From: Bdellovibrionota bacterium FG-1
GTDB taxonomy: Bacteria; Bdellovibrionota; UBA1018
DNA length: 36,715 nt
NCBI GenBank assembly: GCA_051382295.1
Contig: JBBCAW010000055.1
Coordinates: 1 to 36,715 of the forward strand
Direction of reading: 5' to 3'
The number at the start of each line of letters is the position of its first letter. Within the stretch, counting starts at the first letter, position 1. Shown piece after piece: positions 15,038 through 24,936 of the stretch. The notes beneath the pieces are model-generated. The model worked only from the letters and a program-made list of their open reading frames with translations, had not been told where the DNA came from and did not search any database. A program made the position numbers and the translations under genes.

Positions 15038-16750
15038 ATGATCCGATACGCTGTTTCTGCTTCATTTCTGGCTGCAGCTTTATTGGGCGGCAGCGGTTGT
15101 ACCTCCGAAGCGGCCGCTCCGGCGCCTCACTTTTCCCTCACTCAATCTCTTGACTCCATTCGTTTCCAAGATTTTTTGCGATCAGATCCAGGCACGGCCC
15201 ACCTCACTCAACCAACAACCCCCGATTCTGGAGCAACACCTCAGGTTTCAATCACCTCACCTTGTGATGCCACTTGCCGCCAACGCCGAACCGAATTCCG
15301 TTATGTGGTCTACGTCGGCAAAAAGATCTATGCTTATTGGGATGAGAAAAAAGCAGAGACCCACACCGACTTTGAAGCGCTCGCTTCCGAACTCGAGTTG
15401 GCAATTACCACCCAGACCTCCGCAACCGAGTATTTCTTAATTCTCCGCCGCTGGGCGGCCGCCTTTCACGATGGACACGTCAACGCGCTCGGAAAGGCCG
15501 ATGATTCGGATCTCGAAATTTATACCGCTCCCATTCGCCTAGAAACCCTCGCCCCCGCTACCGACCACGAGATGGTCATTATTTCCCAAGCCGGAAATTC
15601 TGGAAAATTCAACGTCGGCGACCAAGTCCTAGCGATCAACGGAAAACCCATTTCAGAAGCGCTGGACGAGGTCGAGAGATTCACGAGTGGCAGCACTCAA
15701 CGAATGCGCCGCTTTTTTGGGGCCCGCCGCCTCGTCGATGTCATGGGCGCTAGCGAAGGAGCCGAAACCCTGACGCTCACGATTCAAGTCTTTGACGAAA
15801 ATGGGGCCAAAAAGCCCGCCAATATTTCAGTTTTTCGACAAGTTGAACTTTCCCCAAAACCCGTGGGGTCGTCTTCTGAAGACGGTACGGACGACGCCAC
15901 CGGAGTCCATAACTTCAAAGCACTGATTCTTCCAGGAGGTCTTGGCTATCTTCGAATTGATGCCTTCAGCGGCTCCCAAAGCACCTTTCTTCTCGATCAA
16001 GCGATGTCCAGACTGCAAAATACCCATGGATTACTCATCGACTTACGAAAAAACGGCGGTGGCGATCAATCGGGCAACGCCGTCCTTTCGCGCTTGGCGA
16101 CTTCGACACTCACGCGATATGCCACCAGCGAACGCATGAGCGACTTTACCCTCGCGCAAAGAAGTAGTTATTTCTTTTTACCTTGGACCCCGGGCGATGA
16201 GTTTGCCATGTGGCACGAAATTCATGTCAGCGCCGCCGCGCCAGAAGATCAATACGGCGAAAAGCCGGTGATCGCGATTACTAGCCCCAACTGCTTCAGC
16301 GCCTGCGACACCTTTGCTTCAGCACTCAAAGTCAATCAACTCGCTACAATGGTAGGCGAAGCCACTGGCGGCGGCACCGGCACACCCCTCGTATTTGAAC
16401 TTCCTTACTCTGGGCAACAATTTCGCTATTCCGTGGTTCGTGGAGTCACGCCTGACGGCGACCCGCTCGAAGGGGTTGGTACCTCCCCTGATTTCGTGAT
16501 TGAACCTTCGGCCGAAGAACGAGCCAATGGCCAAGACCAGCAATTAATCACCGCACTGGCAATGCTCAGCCAGGCTGTCGAGGCACGTAAAGCTCCGGCT
16601 ACACCGAACTCATTGACCAGCCCGAGTGCTGCAATGGTTTCGTCAGCCACGCAGGACATGGGTAGCGCATGGTCACAGGACACCACACTCTCTCCGAGTC
16701 GCAGCGAAACGCGGCAAATTCGGCAAATGCGGATGATTGACGAACTTTAA
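15038..16750 (+). CDS. S41-family peptidase lipoprotein with PDZ domain
   Basis: Lipobox GGSG-C; HDGH; PDZ (VGDQVLAINGKP); GYLRIDAF, IDLRKNGGG, CFSACD, VGEATGGG, EGVGTSPD. Confidence 0.9.
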   Translation: MIRYAVSASFLAAALLGGSGCTSEAAAPAPHFSLTQSLDSIRFQDFLRSDPGTAHLTQPTTPDSGATPQVSITSPCDATCRQRRTEFRYVVYVGKKIYAYWDEKKAETHTDFEALASELELAITTQTSATEYFLILRRWAAAFHDGHVNALGKADDSDLEIYTAPIRLETLAPATDHEMVIISQAGNSGKFNVGDQVLAINGKPISEALDEVERFTSGSTQRMRRFFGARRLVDVMGASEGAETLTLTIQVFDENGAKKPANISVFRQVELSPKPVGSSSEDGTDDATGVHNFKALILPGGLGYLRIDAFSGSQSTFLLDQAMSRLQNTHGLLIDLRKNGGGDQSGNAVLSRLATSTLTRYATSERMSDFTLAQRSSYFFLPWTPGDEFAMWHEIHVSAAAPEDQYGEKPVIAITSPNCFSACDTFASALKVNQLATMVGEATGGGTGTPLVFELPYSGQQFRYSVVRGVTPDGDPLEGVGTSPDFVIEPSAEERANGQDQQLITALAMLSQAVEARKAPATPNSLTSPSAAMVSSATQDMGSAWSQDTTLSPSRSETRQIRQMRMIDEL

Positions 16751-16765
16751 TAATAAGTATAAAAT
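16737..16765 (+). promoter_or_regulatory. Sigma-70-type promoter of gap-pgk-tpiA
   Basis: TTGACG (16737-16742)-N17-TAAAAT (16760-16765). Confidence 0.6.
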
Positions 16766-16770
16766 GAGGC

Positions 16771-17784
16771 ATGCCTCAACCCATTCAAGTCGGAATCAAT
16801 GGATTCGGCCGCATTGGCCGTAAAGTCGCACGTCTTGCCCTGGAGCGAGACGGTATCGAAATCATCGGTATCAATGATCTCACCCATCCAGAAACCATTG
16901 CTCATCTCTTCAAATACGACTCGGTTCATGGAACTTTACGTGAAGACGTCCGCCTGGAAGGCAAGACTCTGATCGTCGGTCGCAACAGGATTCACCTGTC
17001 GGCCGAAAAGGACCCCACTCAACTGCCTTGGGGACAATGGGGCGCCGACTTTGTGCATGAGTGCACCGGAGTTTTTACCGACCGCGAAAAAGCCTCACTC
17101 CACTTAAAAGGGGGCGCCAAAAAAGTCATTATCTCCGCCCCTTCCAAAGATCCAGACGTCACTCTTTGCATGGGCGTCAACGAAAACAACTACGACCCTT
17201 TGAAACACACCGTGGTTTCCAACGCGTCCTGCACGACCAATTGCCTCGCTCCTTTGGTGAAGGTCCTCGATGACAACTTTGGGGTCGTCCGAGGAACCAT
17301 GCTCACCGTACACAGCTACACCAACGATCAACAATTGCTGGATTTACCTCACAAAGACCTTCGCCGGGCGCGCGCAGCCGCGATGTCTCAGATCCCCACA
17401 ACGACAGGAGCCGCTAAAGCTGTAGGTCTTGTTATTCCTCATCTTAAAGGAAAGATCGATGGGCTGGCGATTCGCGTGCCGACTCCAAACGTTTCACTCG
17501 TGGACTTTACGTGTGAACTCAAAAAATCCACGACCAAAGACGAACTCAACGGGGCTTTTCGCAAAGCAGCCGAAGGAGCCATGAAAGGTATCCTTGGCAT
17601 TTCGGTCGCACCTCTCGTGTCGATTGACTACAATGGTTGTGTCAATAGCTCGACCGTGGACATCGACTGTACCGCTGTTCTCGAGGGAAACTTTGTCAAA
17701 GTTATTTCTTGGTACGATAATGAGTCGGGATTCTCGGCTCGTATGCTCGATCTCACCGCCTTCATGGCTCGCAAAGGTTTGTAA
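16771..17784 (+). CDS. gap: Glyceraldehyde-3-phosphate dehydrogenase, type I
   Basis: GINGFGRIG, SNASCTTNCLAP, IPTTTGAAKAV, WYDNE. Confidence 0.98.
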   Translation: MPQPIQVGINGFGRIGRKVARLALERDGIEIIGINDLTHPETIAHLFKYDSVHGTLREDVRLEGKTLIVGRNRIHLSAEKDPTQLPWGQWGADFVHECTGVFTDREKASLHLKGGAKKVIISAPSKDPDVTLCMGVNENNYDPLKHTVVSNASCTTNCLAPLVKVLDDNFGVVRGTMLTVHSYTNDQQLLDLPHKDLRRARAAAMSQIPTTTGAAKAVGLVIPHLKGKIDGLAIRVPTPNVSLVDFTCELKKSTTKDELNGAFRKAAEGAMKGILGISVAPLVSIDYNGCVNSSTVDIDCTAVLEGNFVKVISWYDNESGFSARMLDLTAFMARKGL

Positions 17785-17786
17785 AA

Positions 17787-19016
17787 ATGAGTATCATCAC
17801 ACCCGCTGAAACGACGATCACCCCTCCGATCCCAACCACAACGGTCATTAAATCTATTCGTGACTTTGAGCTCAAAGGCCGCAAGGTGTTCATGCGCCTG
17901 GACTTTAACGTTCCTTTGAGTACTCCTGACGCAACAACCGGTGAGCGTAAAGTCGAGGACGATAACCGAATTGTCGAATCCCTTCCGACGATCAAATACG
18001 CGATCGAAAAAGGGGCCCGCCTGATTCTCGCCTCCCATCTAGGGAGACCAGATGGCAAGCGTAAGGCAGAATTTTCGATGGAACCTGTAGCCCATCGTCT
18101 TGCCGAACTTCTCGGTGTCGACGTCACCCTGGCTGATGATTGCGTCGGCGAAGGCATCGAAATGATGGCCAGCACCCTCAAGGAGGGGCAGGTAATGCTT
18201 CTCGAAAACCTTCGCTTCCATGCGGGCGAAGAAGCCAATGATCCCGAATTTGCAAGCCAGCTCGCCAAAATTGGACAAATCTACATTACGGATGCCTTTG
18301 GCACAGCTCATCGAAAACACGCCTCGACCTTTGGCGTGCCCTCGATCGTCCCGAATCGAGGAATGGGCTTTCTGATCGAAAAGGAACTCAAGTTTCTCGA
18401 CCCCCTCCTTCATGACCCTAAAAAACCCTTCTATGCCGTCCTCGGTGGGGCGAAGGTCACGGATAAAATCAACACCATCGATTCCCTCATGCGCAAGGTA
18501 GATGGGCTTTTGATTGGGGGCGCGATGGCGCACGCGTTCTGGGTGGCCCAAGGAGATACGATTCCTGCAAGGGCCAAAGCCCCCAAGCCAGAGGATGTCG
18601 AAGCCGCACGCGCGATCATGAAGAAAGCCAAAAAACAGGAACTCCTCCTTTTAGTTCCAAGCGACACGAACCAAGGCTTCGATATTGGTCCTCAGACAAT
18701 TGCCAAGTTTAACGAAACGCTGGCCCAAGCCCGGACCATTTTTTGGAACGGTCCACTGGGTTGGTTTGAAAAACCTGAATACGCAGTAGGAACCTTTGAA
18801 GTAGCCCGCAAAATCGCCACCTTTTCTGCCCTCAAAGTGGTTGGAGGAGGCGATACCGTTTCTGCCATCAAACAGTCGGGCGTGGCCGAAAAATTCGACC
18901 ATCTCTCTACCGGAGGCGGGGCAGTGCTGGAATATTTGGAAGGAAACGGTTTGCCTGGAATCGATATTCTTAAGCTGACTCCACGGCAACAGCAGCAAGC
19001 CGCAAACGCACTTTAA
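17787..19016 (+). CDS. pgk: Phosphoglycerate kinase
   Basis: RLDFNVP, SHLGRP, LLENLRF, DAFGTAHR, GGAKV, WNGPLG, GGGDT, STGGGA. Confidence 0.97.
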   Translation: MSIITPAETTITPPIPTTTVIKSIRDFELKGRKVFMRLDFNVPLSTPDATTGERKVEDDNRIVESLPTIKYAIEKGARLILASHLGRPDGKRKAEFSMEPVAHRLAELLGVDVTLADDCVGEGIEMMASTLKEGQVMLLENLRFHAGEEANDPEFASQLAKIGQIYITDAFGTAHRKHASTFGVPSIVPNRGMGFLIEKELKFLDPLLHDPKKPFYAVLGGAKVTDKINTIDSLMRKVDGLLIGGAMAHAFWVAQGDTIPARAKAPKPEDVEAARAIMKKAKKQELLLLVPSDTNQGFDIGPQTIAKFNETLAQARTIFWNGPLGWFEKPEYAVGTFEVARKIATFSALKVVGGGDTVSAIKQSGVAEKFDHLSTGGGAVLEYLEGNGLPGIDILKLTPRQQQQAANAL

Positions 19017-19021
19017 AACTC

Positions 19022-19867
19022 ATGACTAAAACACGCGGAGTTTTGATCGCCGGCAATTGGAAAATGAACCACACGATGGCAGAAACGCAGCAGTTTTTTG
19101 CCAAATTACAGACTGAATCCAAATCTCTGCTCGGTGATTCCGCCCGCGCCTCATTTAAGAATGGCAGTCTGAGAGCGGTTCTACTCCCCCCCATGTTGAG
19201 TTTAGAACGGGCGCAACGTCAGGTCGATAGCATGCCGTTTTTGATTGAATTGGGTGCGCAAAATGCCCATTGGGAAAAGAAGGGTGCCTTTACTGGCGAA
19301 GTATCGGGCCCAATGCTAGCTGAAATGCGCATTCACTGGGTTTTGGTAGGTCACTCCGAACGCCGCCAGCATTTTGGAGAAACAGACGAATCCACACGCA
19401 AACGCACGGAAAATTTACTGGAGCAGGGCTTTAAGGTCATTTTGTGTATTGGCGAGACGCACTCCGAACGCGAGGGCGATCAAATGGAAGCGGTTTTAAC
19501 CCGACAACTTTTGAGTGTACTCCCGGAAAGAGGCAAAGGCGCCGCAAACTATTTAGATGGCCGTCTTGTTATTGCCTATGAACCTGTTTGGGCCATTGGC
19601 ACTGGCTTAACGGCTACCCCTGCTCAAGCCGAAGAGGCCCATGCCTTTTTACGCGGAATCTTAGCCGCGCGCTTTGGAACTTCGGCCAGCGATCAAACGC
19701 CCCTTCTTTACGGGGGGAGCGCAACTCCCGAAAACATGGACTCCTTGCTTGCCTGTCCCAATGTCGATGGCGCGCTCGTGGGGGGCGCGAGCCTCAAGCA
19801 TGAAGGTTATCTTGCGCTATTGGCCAGTGGGGCGCGAGCACTTCACTCAATAGATCATCAAACTTAA
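19022..19867 (+). CDS. tpiA: Triosephosphate isomerase
   Basis: AGNWKMN, GHSERR, AYEPVWAIGTG, LYGGS, LVGGASL. Confidence 0.98.
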   Translation: MTKTRGVLIAGNWKMNHTMAETQQFFAKLQTESKSLLGDSARASFKNGSLRAVLLPPMLSLERAQRQVDSMPFLIELGAQNAHWEKKGAFTGEVSGPMLAEMRIHWVLVGHSERRQHFGETDESTRKRTENLLEQGFKVILCIGETHSEREGDQMEAVLTRQLLSVLPERGKGAANYLDGRLVIAYEPVWAIGTGLTATPAQAEEAHAFLRGILAARFGTSASDQTPLLYGGSATPENMDSLLACPNVDGALVGGASLKHEGYLALLASGARALHSIDHQT

Positions 19868-20791
19868 AAACCGAAAACCCGATCTAAAGTCTTTATAGGT
19901 CGCATCCGGTTTGAAAAATAACATCACCTCGGTGCGCACTCCGGGTTGAGAGGCAAAGACTAAACTGAGCCCCGACTGAATAATCCCTTTGAGACCCATA
20001 CTGACCGTTGGGTCATTGGCCGAAACTTTGGCCGAATCCGCCGGTAAGTTGCGCGCCAGTACATTCATCAGCACGCTCTTTTTAAGGGAGCCAAACTGAT
20101 CCGCGACACAAATTCCAATATAGTCAAAAATCGAGGCGACTTCGACGACCACGTATTCCTGTTCAATCAGCTCAAAATCCGCATTGCGATCCGTCCCTCG
20201 TCTGAGGGCCATTCCATTGGGCAAGACGGGAGCATCAAAGATGGCGTTCATTAAAAGTTCATCCACGGCTTGAGCCACCAATGCCGAAAGTCGAGTATTC
20301 ACGTTTTGCCGTACAAAAATATTTTGAATCGCTTCAACGGCGGCGCGCTTTTGCCCCGAACGCTTGATCACGATTTTTCGAATATCTGCTTTTTCCGGAA
20401 AATATCGGGCGATGCCAAAAGGATCCCCACGTAGGATGATTCCGGCCAAGCGGGCTAGAAGCATGGGCGCGGGTTCATCAAAGCGTCTAAATAAATGATG
20501 GCCAAAAACCGGAAATTTCGCCAAATGAGGACTTTCAAATAGGGGTTTGTCGGTGACGGCAAATACATGCAGGGGTGAAACCACATTAGCTAAAGCCGCC
20601 CCGACCGCCTCGCCCCGCACGGGATCATCAGCATCCCAAAAAATAAGGCTTTCGGTATTTTGCGCAAGTACGCCGGGCAACAAGTGCGGACTCACCGCCC
20701 GTTCCAAAGCAAGATCATTCGAAAATGCGACAAATTCGGCCATCTTTTGATCTTCGGGACGCTCTGAAATGAGTAAAACTCGACTCGCCAT
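19847..20791 (-). CDS. Hypothetical regulator with C-terminal HATPase_c (anti-sigma/kinase-like) features
   Basis: AVDELLMNAIFDA (N-box-like), ICVADQFGSL (G1-like), PGVRTEV (G3-like); N-terminus resembles a degenerate receiver domain; GGAGG RBS. Confidence 0.55.
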   Translation of the reverse strand: MASRVLLISERPEDQKMAEFVAFSNDLALERAVSPHLLPGVLAQNTESLIFWDADDPVRGEAVGAALANVVSPLHVFAVTDKPLFESPHLAKFPVFGHHLFRRFDEPAPMLLARLAGIILRGDPFGIARYFPEKADIRKIVIKRSGQKRAAVEAIQNIFVRQNVNTRLSALVAQAVDELLMNAIFDAPVLPNGMALRRGTDRNADFELIEQEYVVVEVASIFDYIGICVADQFGSLKKSVLMNVLARNLPADSAKVSANDPTVSMGLKGIIQSGLSLVFASQPGVRTEVMLFFKPDATYKDFRSGFRFLSLMIY

Positions 20792-20803
20792 TCAACCTCC
20801 GCC

Positions 20804-21625
20804 TTAAAAGGCCATCCCTATTTTGGTTCCCAGGGTGCTCGTTCCGGCCGTGTTATACGAAAATTCGAGCGTCATTCTTGCTCCGGAACGTGGGAGCTTG
20901 AGTGAGATCCCGCCAAAGGCCATCGCCCCTTGAGCAGTACCGGTTTTATGAAGCGACGGCAGCGGAATAGTGTCCGTACCAATGCCAGTCGCCGAATTCA
21001 CGATTCCGACAATGTCGGCATCCGCCACCCCTGTCGCATAAGAATAGGCAATTCCTAAATAAGGATCCGCAAATTCCATTTGCCGTGAAACCAAAAGCTG
21101 TGGGGAAAAAGTTTTAGTACTGATGTTGAGGCCGGCGGCTGACAAGTCCGTGTAGGTATAGCAAAAGCGAAATGCCCAGGTAGGTATTTCGTCACCCTGT
21201 AAAAAAACATATTTAGCGTCGGCTCCCAGGACTTTATTTCCAAGAAGCCAAAGAGCGGATCCACCGACGTCAACGCTTTCGCCCATCCCTTTGTGAAGAT
21301 GAATCCGCGCAACAGGAAGTGCAGTCAGTGCCGAGGCGTCCATGGGAAATCCCGCCCCCGAGAGCGCCGTAAAAAATGAATCTGGAACCTTAGCCAAGGT
21401 CGCTTCGATACTCAAATCGACCCCGACATGAATACCCAAGGGTGTGGCGGGCTCATAGGGCCGCTGCTGAAACCCCAGACCTATGAGCGAAGTGATGGCA
21501 TTCATGACATCGTCAGAAACAAGACTATTGGGTTGAATGGAAGGTAACCCGCCAAAATCCGCCTGAGCGGAAAGCGAAATACCCAATAGAAAACTGCTGC
21601 TAATAAAAACGCGAGCGAAACGCAT
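20804..21625 (-). CDS. Putative outer-membrane beta-barrel protein (DUF6588-like)
   Basis: Signal peptide (..SAQA), alternating beta-strand pattern, LPVARIHLHKG segment, C-terminal LGTKIGMAF. Confidence 0.65.
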   Translation of the reverse strand: MRFARVFISSSFLLGISLSAQADFGGLPSIQPNSLVSDDVMNAITSLIGLGFQQRPYEPATPLGIHVGVDLSIEATLAKVPDSFFTALSGAGFPMDASALTALPVARIHLHKGMGESVDVGGSALWLLGNKVLGADAKYVFLQGDEIPTWAFRFCYTYTDLSAAGLNISTKTFSPQLLVSRQMEFADPYLGIAYSYATGVADADIVGIVNSATGIGTDTIPLPSLHKTGTAQGAMAFGGISLKLPRSGARMTLEFSYNTAGTSTLGTKIGMAF

Positions 21626-21634
21626 TCACACAAG

Positions 21635-21643
21635 AGTATAACA
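21635..21643 (-). promoter_or_regulatory. Extended -10 promoter element
   Basis: TGTTATACT on the minus strand, 9 nt upstream of the ATG at 21625; no clear SD. Confidence 0.4.
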
Positions 21644-21664
21644 TGAGCCGCGCGCAAAACACGC

Positions 21665-23929
21665 TTACCTCACCGTCAAGACCCTGACGCCCCCACTTCG
21701 TCGTAAGACCTCGACAGTGGAGCTCCCTTGGGTTTTCCGTAAACGCAAATCCAGTTCCCAATCTCCGCCCTGTAAACCATAAACCTCCACCACATTAACG
21801 GACGGAGGCAAGACGGGTGTCCTCAAAACGACATAACCCGGGTCAATTTCCTTACTCAGACCCATCATCGCCTTAATCATCAAAAAGAGCGCTCCTGCCG
21901 CCCATGCTTGGGGCTTACAAGCCACCTCGTAAGGAACCGGCGGGGTGTCGGCCCTGCGCCTAAATCCACAAAAAAGCTCTGGAAGTCGAAAATCCTCACT
22001 GGTTTCAAGCAAACCCATCATCGCCAAAATTTGTCGATTCAGACCTTCCGTAAATCCATAATAACGGAACCCCTCCATAATCAGCGAGTTATCATGGGGC
22101 CATACCGACCCGTTATGATAACTCATCGGATTATAGGCTGTCTCATCATCAGCGAGCGTTCGAATTCCATACCCACTAAACATACTTTTAGACATGAGAT
22201 GATCCGCCACCTCGGCGGCTCGCTCGGGAGATAAAAGCTGGCTCCACAAACAATGCCCCATATTGGAAGATCGAACACTGCAGGGTTCACCCGCCCCATC
22301 CAAGGCGAGATAGACAAATTTTCCGTGAGGATTCCAAAATTTTTCCATAAAGAGCGACTTCAGTTCCAACGCCTCACTTCGCAGGGCCAAAGCCAAGGAC
22401 GAATCGCCCATCAGGCCCGCTAATTGCGACATTCCCAGTCGCGCTCGATACGCGTAGGCCTGAACTTCGCACAATCGAATCGGGGCTGAAGCCAAGCGAC
22501 CATCGATATGCATGATGGAATTGTGAGAATCCTTCCACCCTTGATTGACCAGCCCCGTAGGCGAAAGTTTGGCGTACTCCAAAAACCCGTCACCATCTGG
22601 GTCGCCCCATCGGCGCACCCACTCGAGCGCGTCGAGCGCCAGGGGCCACCACTCTTTCAGGCTCTTGAGGTCGCTGGTCCACCGAATGTATTCATGAAGT
22701 AAAATCAAGCATAACGGGGTTGAGTCCACTGACCCGTAATACGGAATAAACGGGACTTCACGGATGTTCGCCATTTCACCCCGTCTGAGTTCATGAAACA
22801 CCTTACCGGGTTGCTCCTCGGTGAAGGGGTCGACTTTTGAACCCAAGGCATTGAGACAATAATTCAACACGCCCCGAGCGACTTTTGGATACCAAGGCAA
22901 AAGCTGATATCCGGTAATCAAACCATCTCGCCCAAAAGGAGCCGAATACCACGGAATCCCCGCGTAGGGATAAAGCTCCCCAGATTTCTCGGAGGTCAAC
23001 AACATGGAGATATCCGTTTGAGCATTATGAATTGCACGAGTCAAAAGAGCATTATCACATTCAAACCTAAGCCCCCCTAAAGAGGATCGTTCTCCCCGGT
23101 CCTTGAGTAAATGCATGATGCCAGGGATCGAGATTTCCTGGAAAGGTGTGCCCCTCACCCTTCCATCAGAAATCTCGTTAAACGAAACGATGGTTTTCAA
23201 CGCGATGGTCTGCTTCGCCGCGATTTTAACGCGGGCAAAATGGCCGATCAGATGAGGAGACACCCGAATTTTTTCAACCGCGAAGAGCCGTTGAACCGAA
23301 GTGCTGCGCACCAAATGATCTAAACCATCGTACTGAAGTGTCGTGATTCTCCGATCACCGTCGATCATTTCAATCGGCGGAAGCAAGCGCCCGCGTTGGA
23401 CTCGCGAAAATCCTCGCACCTCAAAGACATCGTCAAACCTTCCGCCAGCCCATACTTCGATCTGAAGTTCTTCTTCAGTCGGACCGAAGTTTTTGATTTC
23501 AACGGTCTCAAACAACACATCATCGGAAAAAGAAAGTACTCGCCGAATCAAAAAAGTATCTCGGGGGATTCGACCTGGCTCACCGAGCCGATCCAAGTCG
23601 CGATTGGTCATCGAACAAACCAAAGCGCTCCCATCCAGCCTCAATTCATCCGAAAGTGCGACCGGAGACTTACCGTTGATCGTCATTTCCCACACAGATA
23701 AATGCCGGGTGTCATTGAAAAAGATCCCTAGCTCTGACGAAGCGTAAATTCGGGGCGCTTCGCCCTGCTGATCAGTTACCCCAAAGGCGCGATTATCCTT
23801 GAAGCTGAGCTTACGAATTCCTGTGAGTAAGGCGTTCGACGGGATGTAAGAAATTCCATCGATGATGACCGGACCTGTCTCCGCCCCTGGCTCGAGTGGC
23901 CCAGAACTCGGCGAGGTATCGATAGACAT
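21665..23929 (-). CDS. Amylo-alpha-1,6-glucosidase/glycogen debranching enzyme-like glycoside hydrolase
   Basis: GIFFNDTRHLS N-domain, AGIPWYSAPFGRDGLI, EEQPGKVFHE, YYGSVDSTP, NQGWKDS, SYHNGSVWPHDN, RLPELFCG, PQAWAAG; start 23929 (GGAGG RBS) or 23935. Confidence 0.93.
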   Translation of the reverse strand: MSIDTSPSSGPLEPGAETGPVIIDGISYIPSNALLTGIRKLSFKDNRAFGVTDQQGEAPRIYASSELGIFFNDTRHLSVWEMTINGKSPVALSDELRLDGSALVCSMTNRDLDRLGEPGRIPRDTFLIRRVLSFSDDVLFETVEIKNFGPTEEELQIEVWAGGRFDDVFEVRGFSRVQRGRLLPPIEMIDGDRRITTLQYDGLDHLVRSTSVQRLFAVEKIRVSPHLIGHFARVKIAAKQTIALKTIVSFNEISDGRVRGTPFQEISIPGIMHLLKDRGERSSLGGLRFECDNALLTRAIHNAQTDISMLLTSEKSGELYPYAGIPWYSAPFGRDGLITGYQLLPWYPKVARGVLNYCLNALGSKVDPFTEEQPGKVFHELRRGEMANIREVPFIPYYGSVDSTPLCLILLHEYIRWTSDLKSLKEWWPLALDALEWVRRWGDPDGDGFLEYAKLSPTGLVNQGWKDSHNSIMHIDGRLASAPIRLCEVQAYAYRARLGMSQLAGLMGDSSLALALRSEALELKSLFMEKFWNPHGKFVYLALDGAGEPCSVRSSNMGHCLWSQLLSPERAAEVADHLMSKSMFSGYGIRTLADDETAYNPMSYHNGSVWPHDNSLIMEGFRYYGFTEGLNRQILAMMGLLETSEDFRLPELFCGFRRRADTPPVPYEVACKPQAWAAGALFLMIKAMMGLSKEIDPGYVVLRTPVLPPSVNVVEVYGLQGGDWELDLRLRKTQGSSTVEVLRRSGGVRVLTVR

Positions 23930-24932
23930 GAACATAATCCTCCGTCATTCGCTCAAGCGAAAATCGCTCTTCCACCCACCGACGACAGCCGGCGCGATCC
24001 CAAGAACTCAGGGTCGAAACTCGTTTTGCCAACTCGCCGATATCCGCAGAAACAAAGCCAGTCACGCCGTCCTTTAAAACCTCATTTACTGAGCCACACG
24101 GTCTAGCCAGCACCGGCGTACCGCAAGCGAGTGACTCAACCATCACCAATCCGAAAGGCTCTGGCCAGTCGATCGGAAAAACCAACGCCAACGCATTGCC
24201 CAGAAAATCAGATTTTTCAGATTCAGAAATCTCGCCGACAAATTCAATAAATCGCCCGTCCACCTTGGGTTTGATCTGAGTCTCAAAATAAACACCATCC
24301 ACGGCCCTATCGATTTTGGCCGCCATTTTCAGCGGAACCCCCGAGCGATGCGCGATCTCGATGGCCCAGTCCGGTCTCTTTTCAGGCGACATTCGTCCCA
24401 AAAAAGCCAAGTATTTTCCAGGGGTCCCGACAAATTTGGATTTTTCCACATCGATCCCGTGATGCACGGTCCTGACCCAATTCAGATTTTTCAACGGTGC
24501 ACGCTGGGCGTCGCTAATCGAGACATAGGGTGCCTGAGCAAACCCATCAAATGCGGCATTCAACCCAGGAAAATCCAACCTCCCGTGGAGCGTGGTCAAT
24601 AACAGGGTAGGCGTCATTCGAGAAAGGGGCAGCATCCAATAATCGTGATGATTGTGAATCACGTCAAACTCATGGCTCCGGTCGGCAACCTCGGTCAGCA
24701 TTTTTAAATGGTACGGTACCGGATCTAAAATCGGCTGGGACGCCAAACGAATGGCCTCGGGAAGGATCGGTACCAAACGGCCTGCGGCTTTTGAATCTCC
24801 TGACGCAAAAAGGGTCACATCGTGACCCGCGGCAACCAGCCCCTGACAAAGATTGGAAACCACCCGTTCGGTGCCTCCGTAGAGGCGCGGCGGCACACTT
24901 TCAAATAAGGGAGAGATCAACGCAACACGCAT
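23811..24932 (-). CDS. Glycosyltransferase family 4
   Basis: VPPRLYGGTERVV, FLGRMSPEK, WPEPFGLVMVESLACGTPV. Confidence 0.95.
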   Translation of the reverse strand: MRVALISPLFESVPPRLYGGTERVVSNLCQGLVAAGHDVTLFASGDSKAAGRLVPILPEAIRLASQPILDPVPYHLKMLTEVADRSHEFDVIHNHHDYWMLPLSRMTPTLLLTTLHGRLDFPGLNAAFDGFAQAPYVSISDAQRAPLKNLNWVRTVHHGIDVEKSKFVGTPGKYLAFLGRMSPEKRPDWAIEIAHRSGVPLKMAAKIDRAVDGVYFETQIKPKVDGRFIEFVGEISESEKSDFLGNALALVFPIDWPEPFGLVMVESLACGTPVLARPCGSVNEVLKDGVTGFVSADIGELAKRVSTLSSWDRAGCRRWVEERFSLERMTEDYVHVYRYLAEFWATRARGGDRSGHHRWNFLHPVERLTHRNS

Positions 24933-24936
24933 TACC

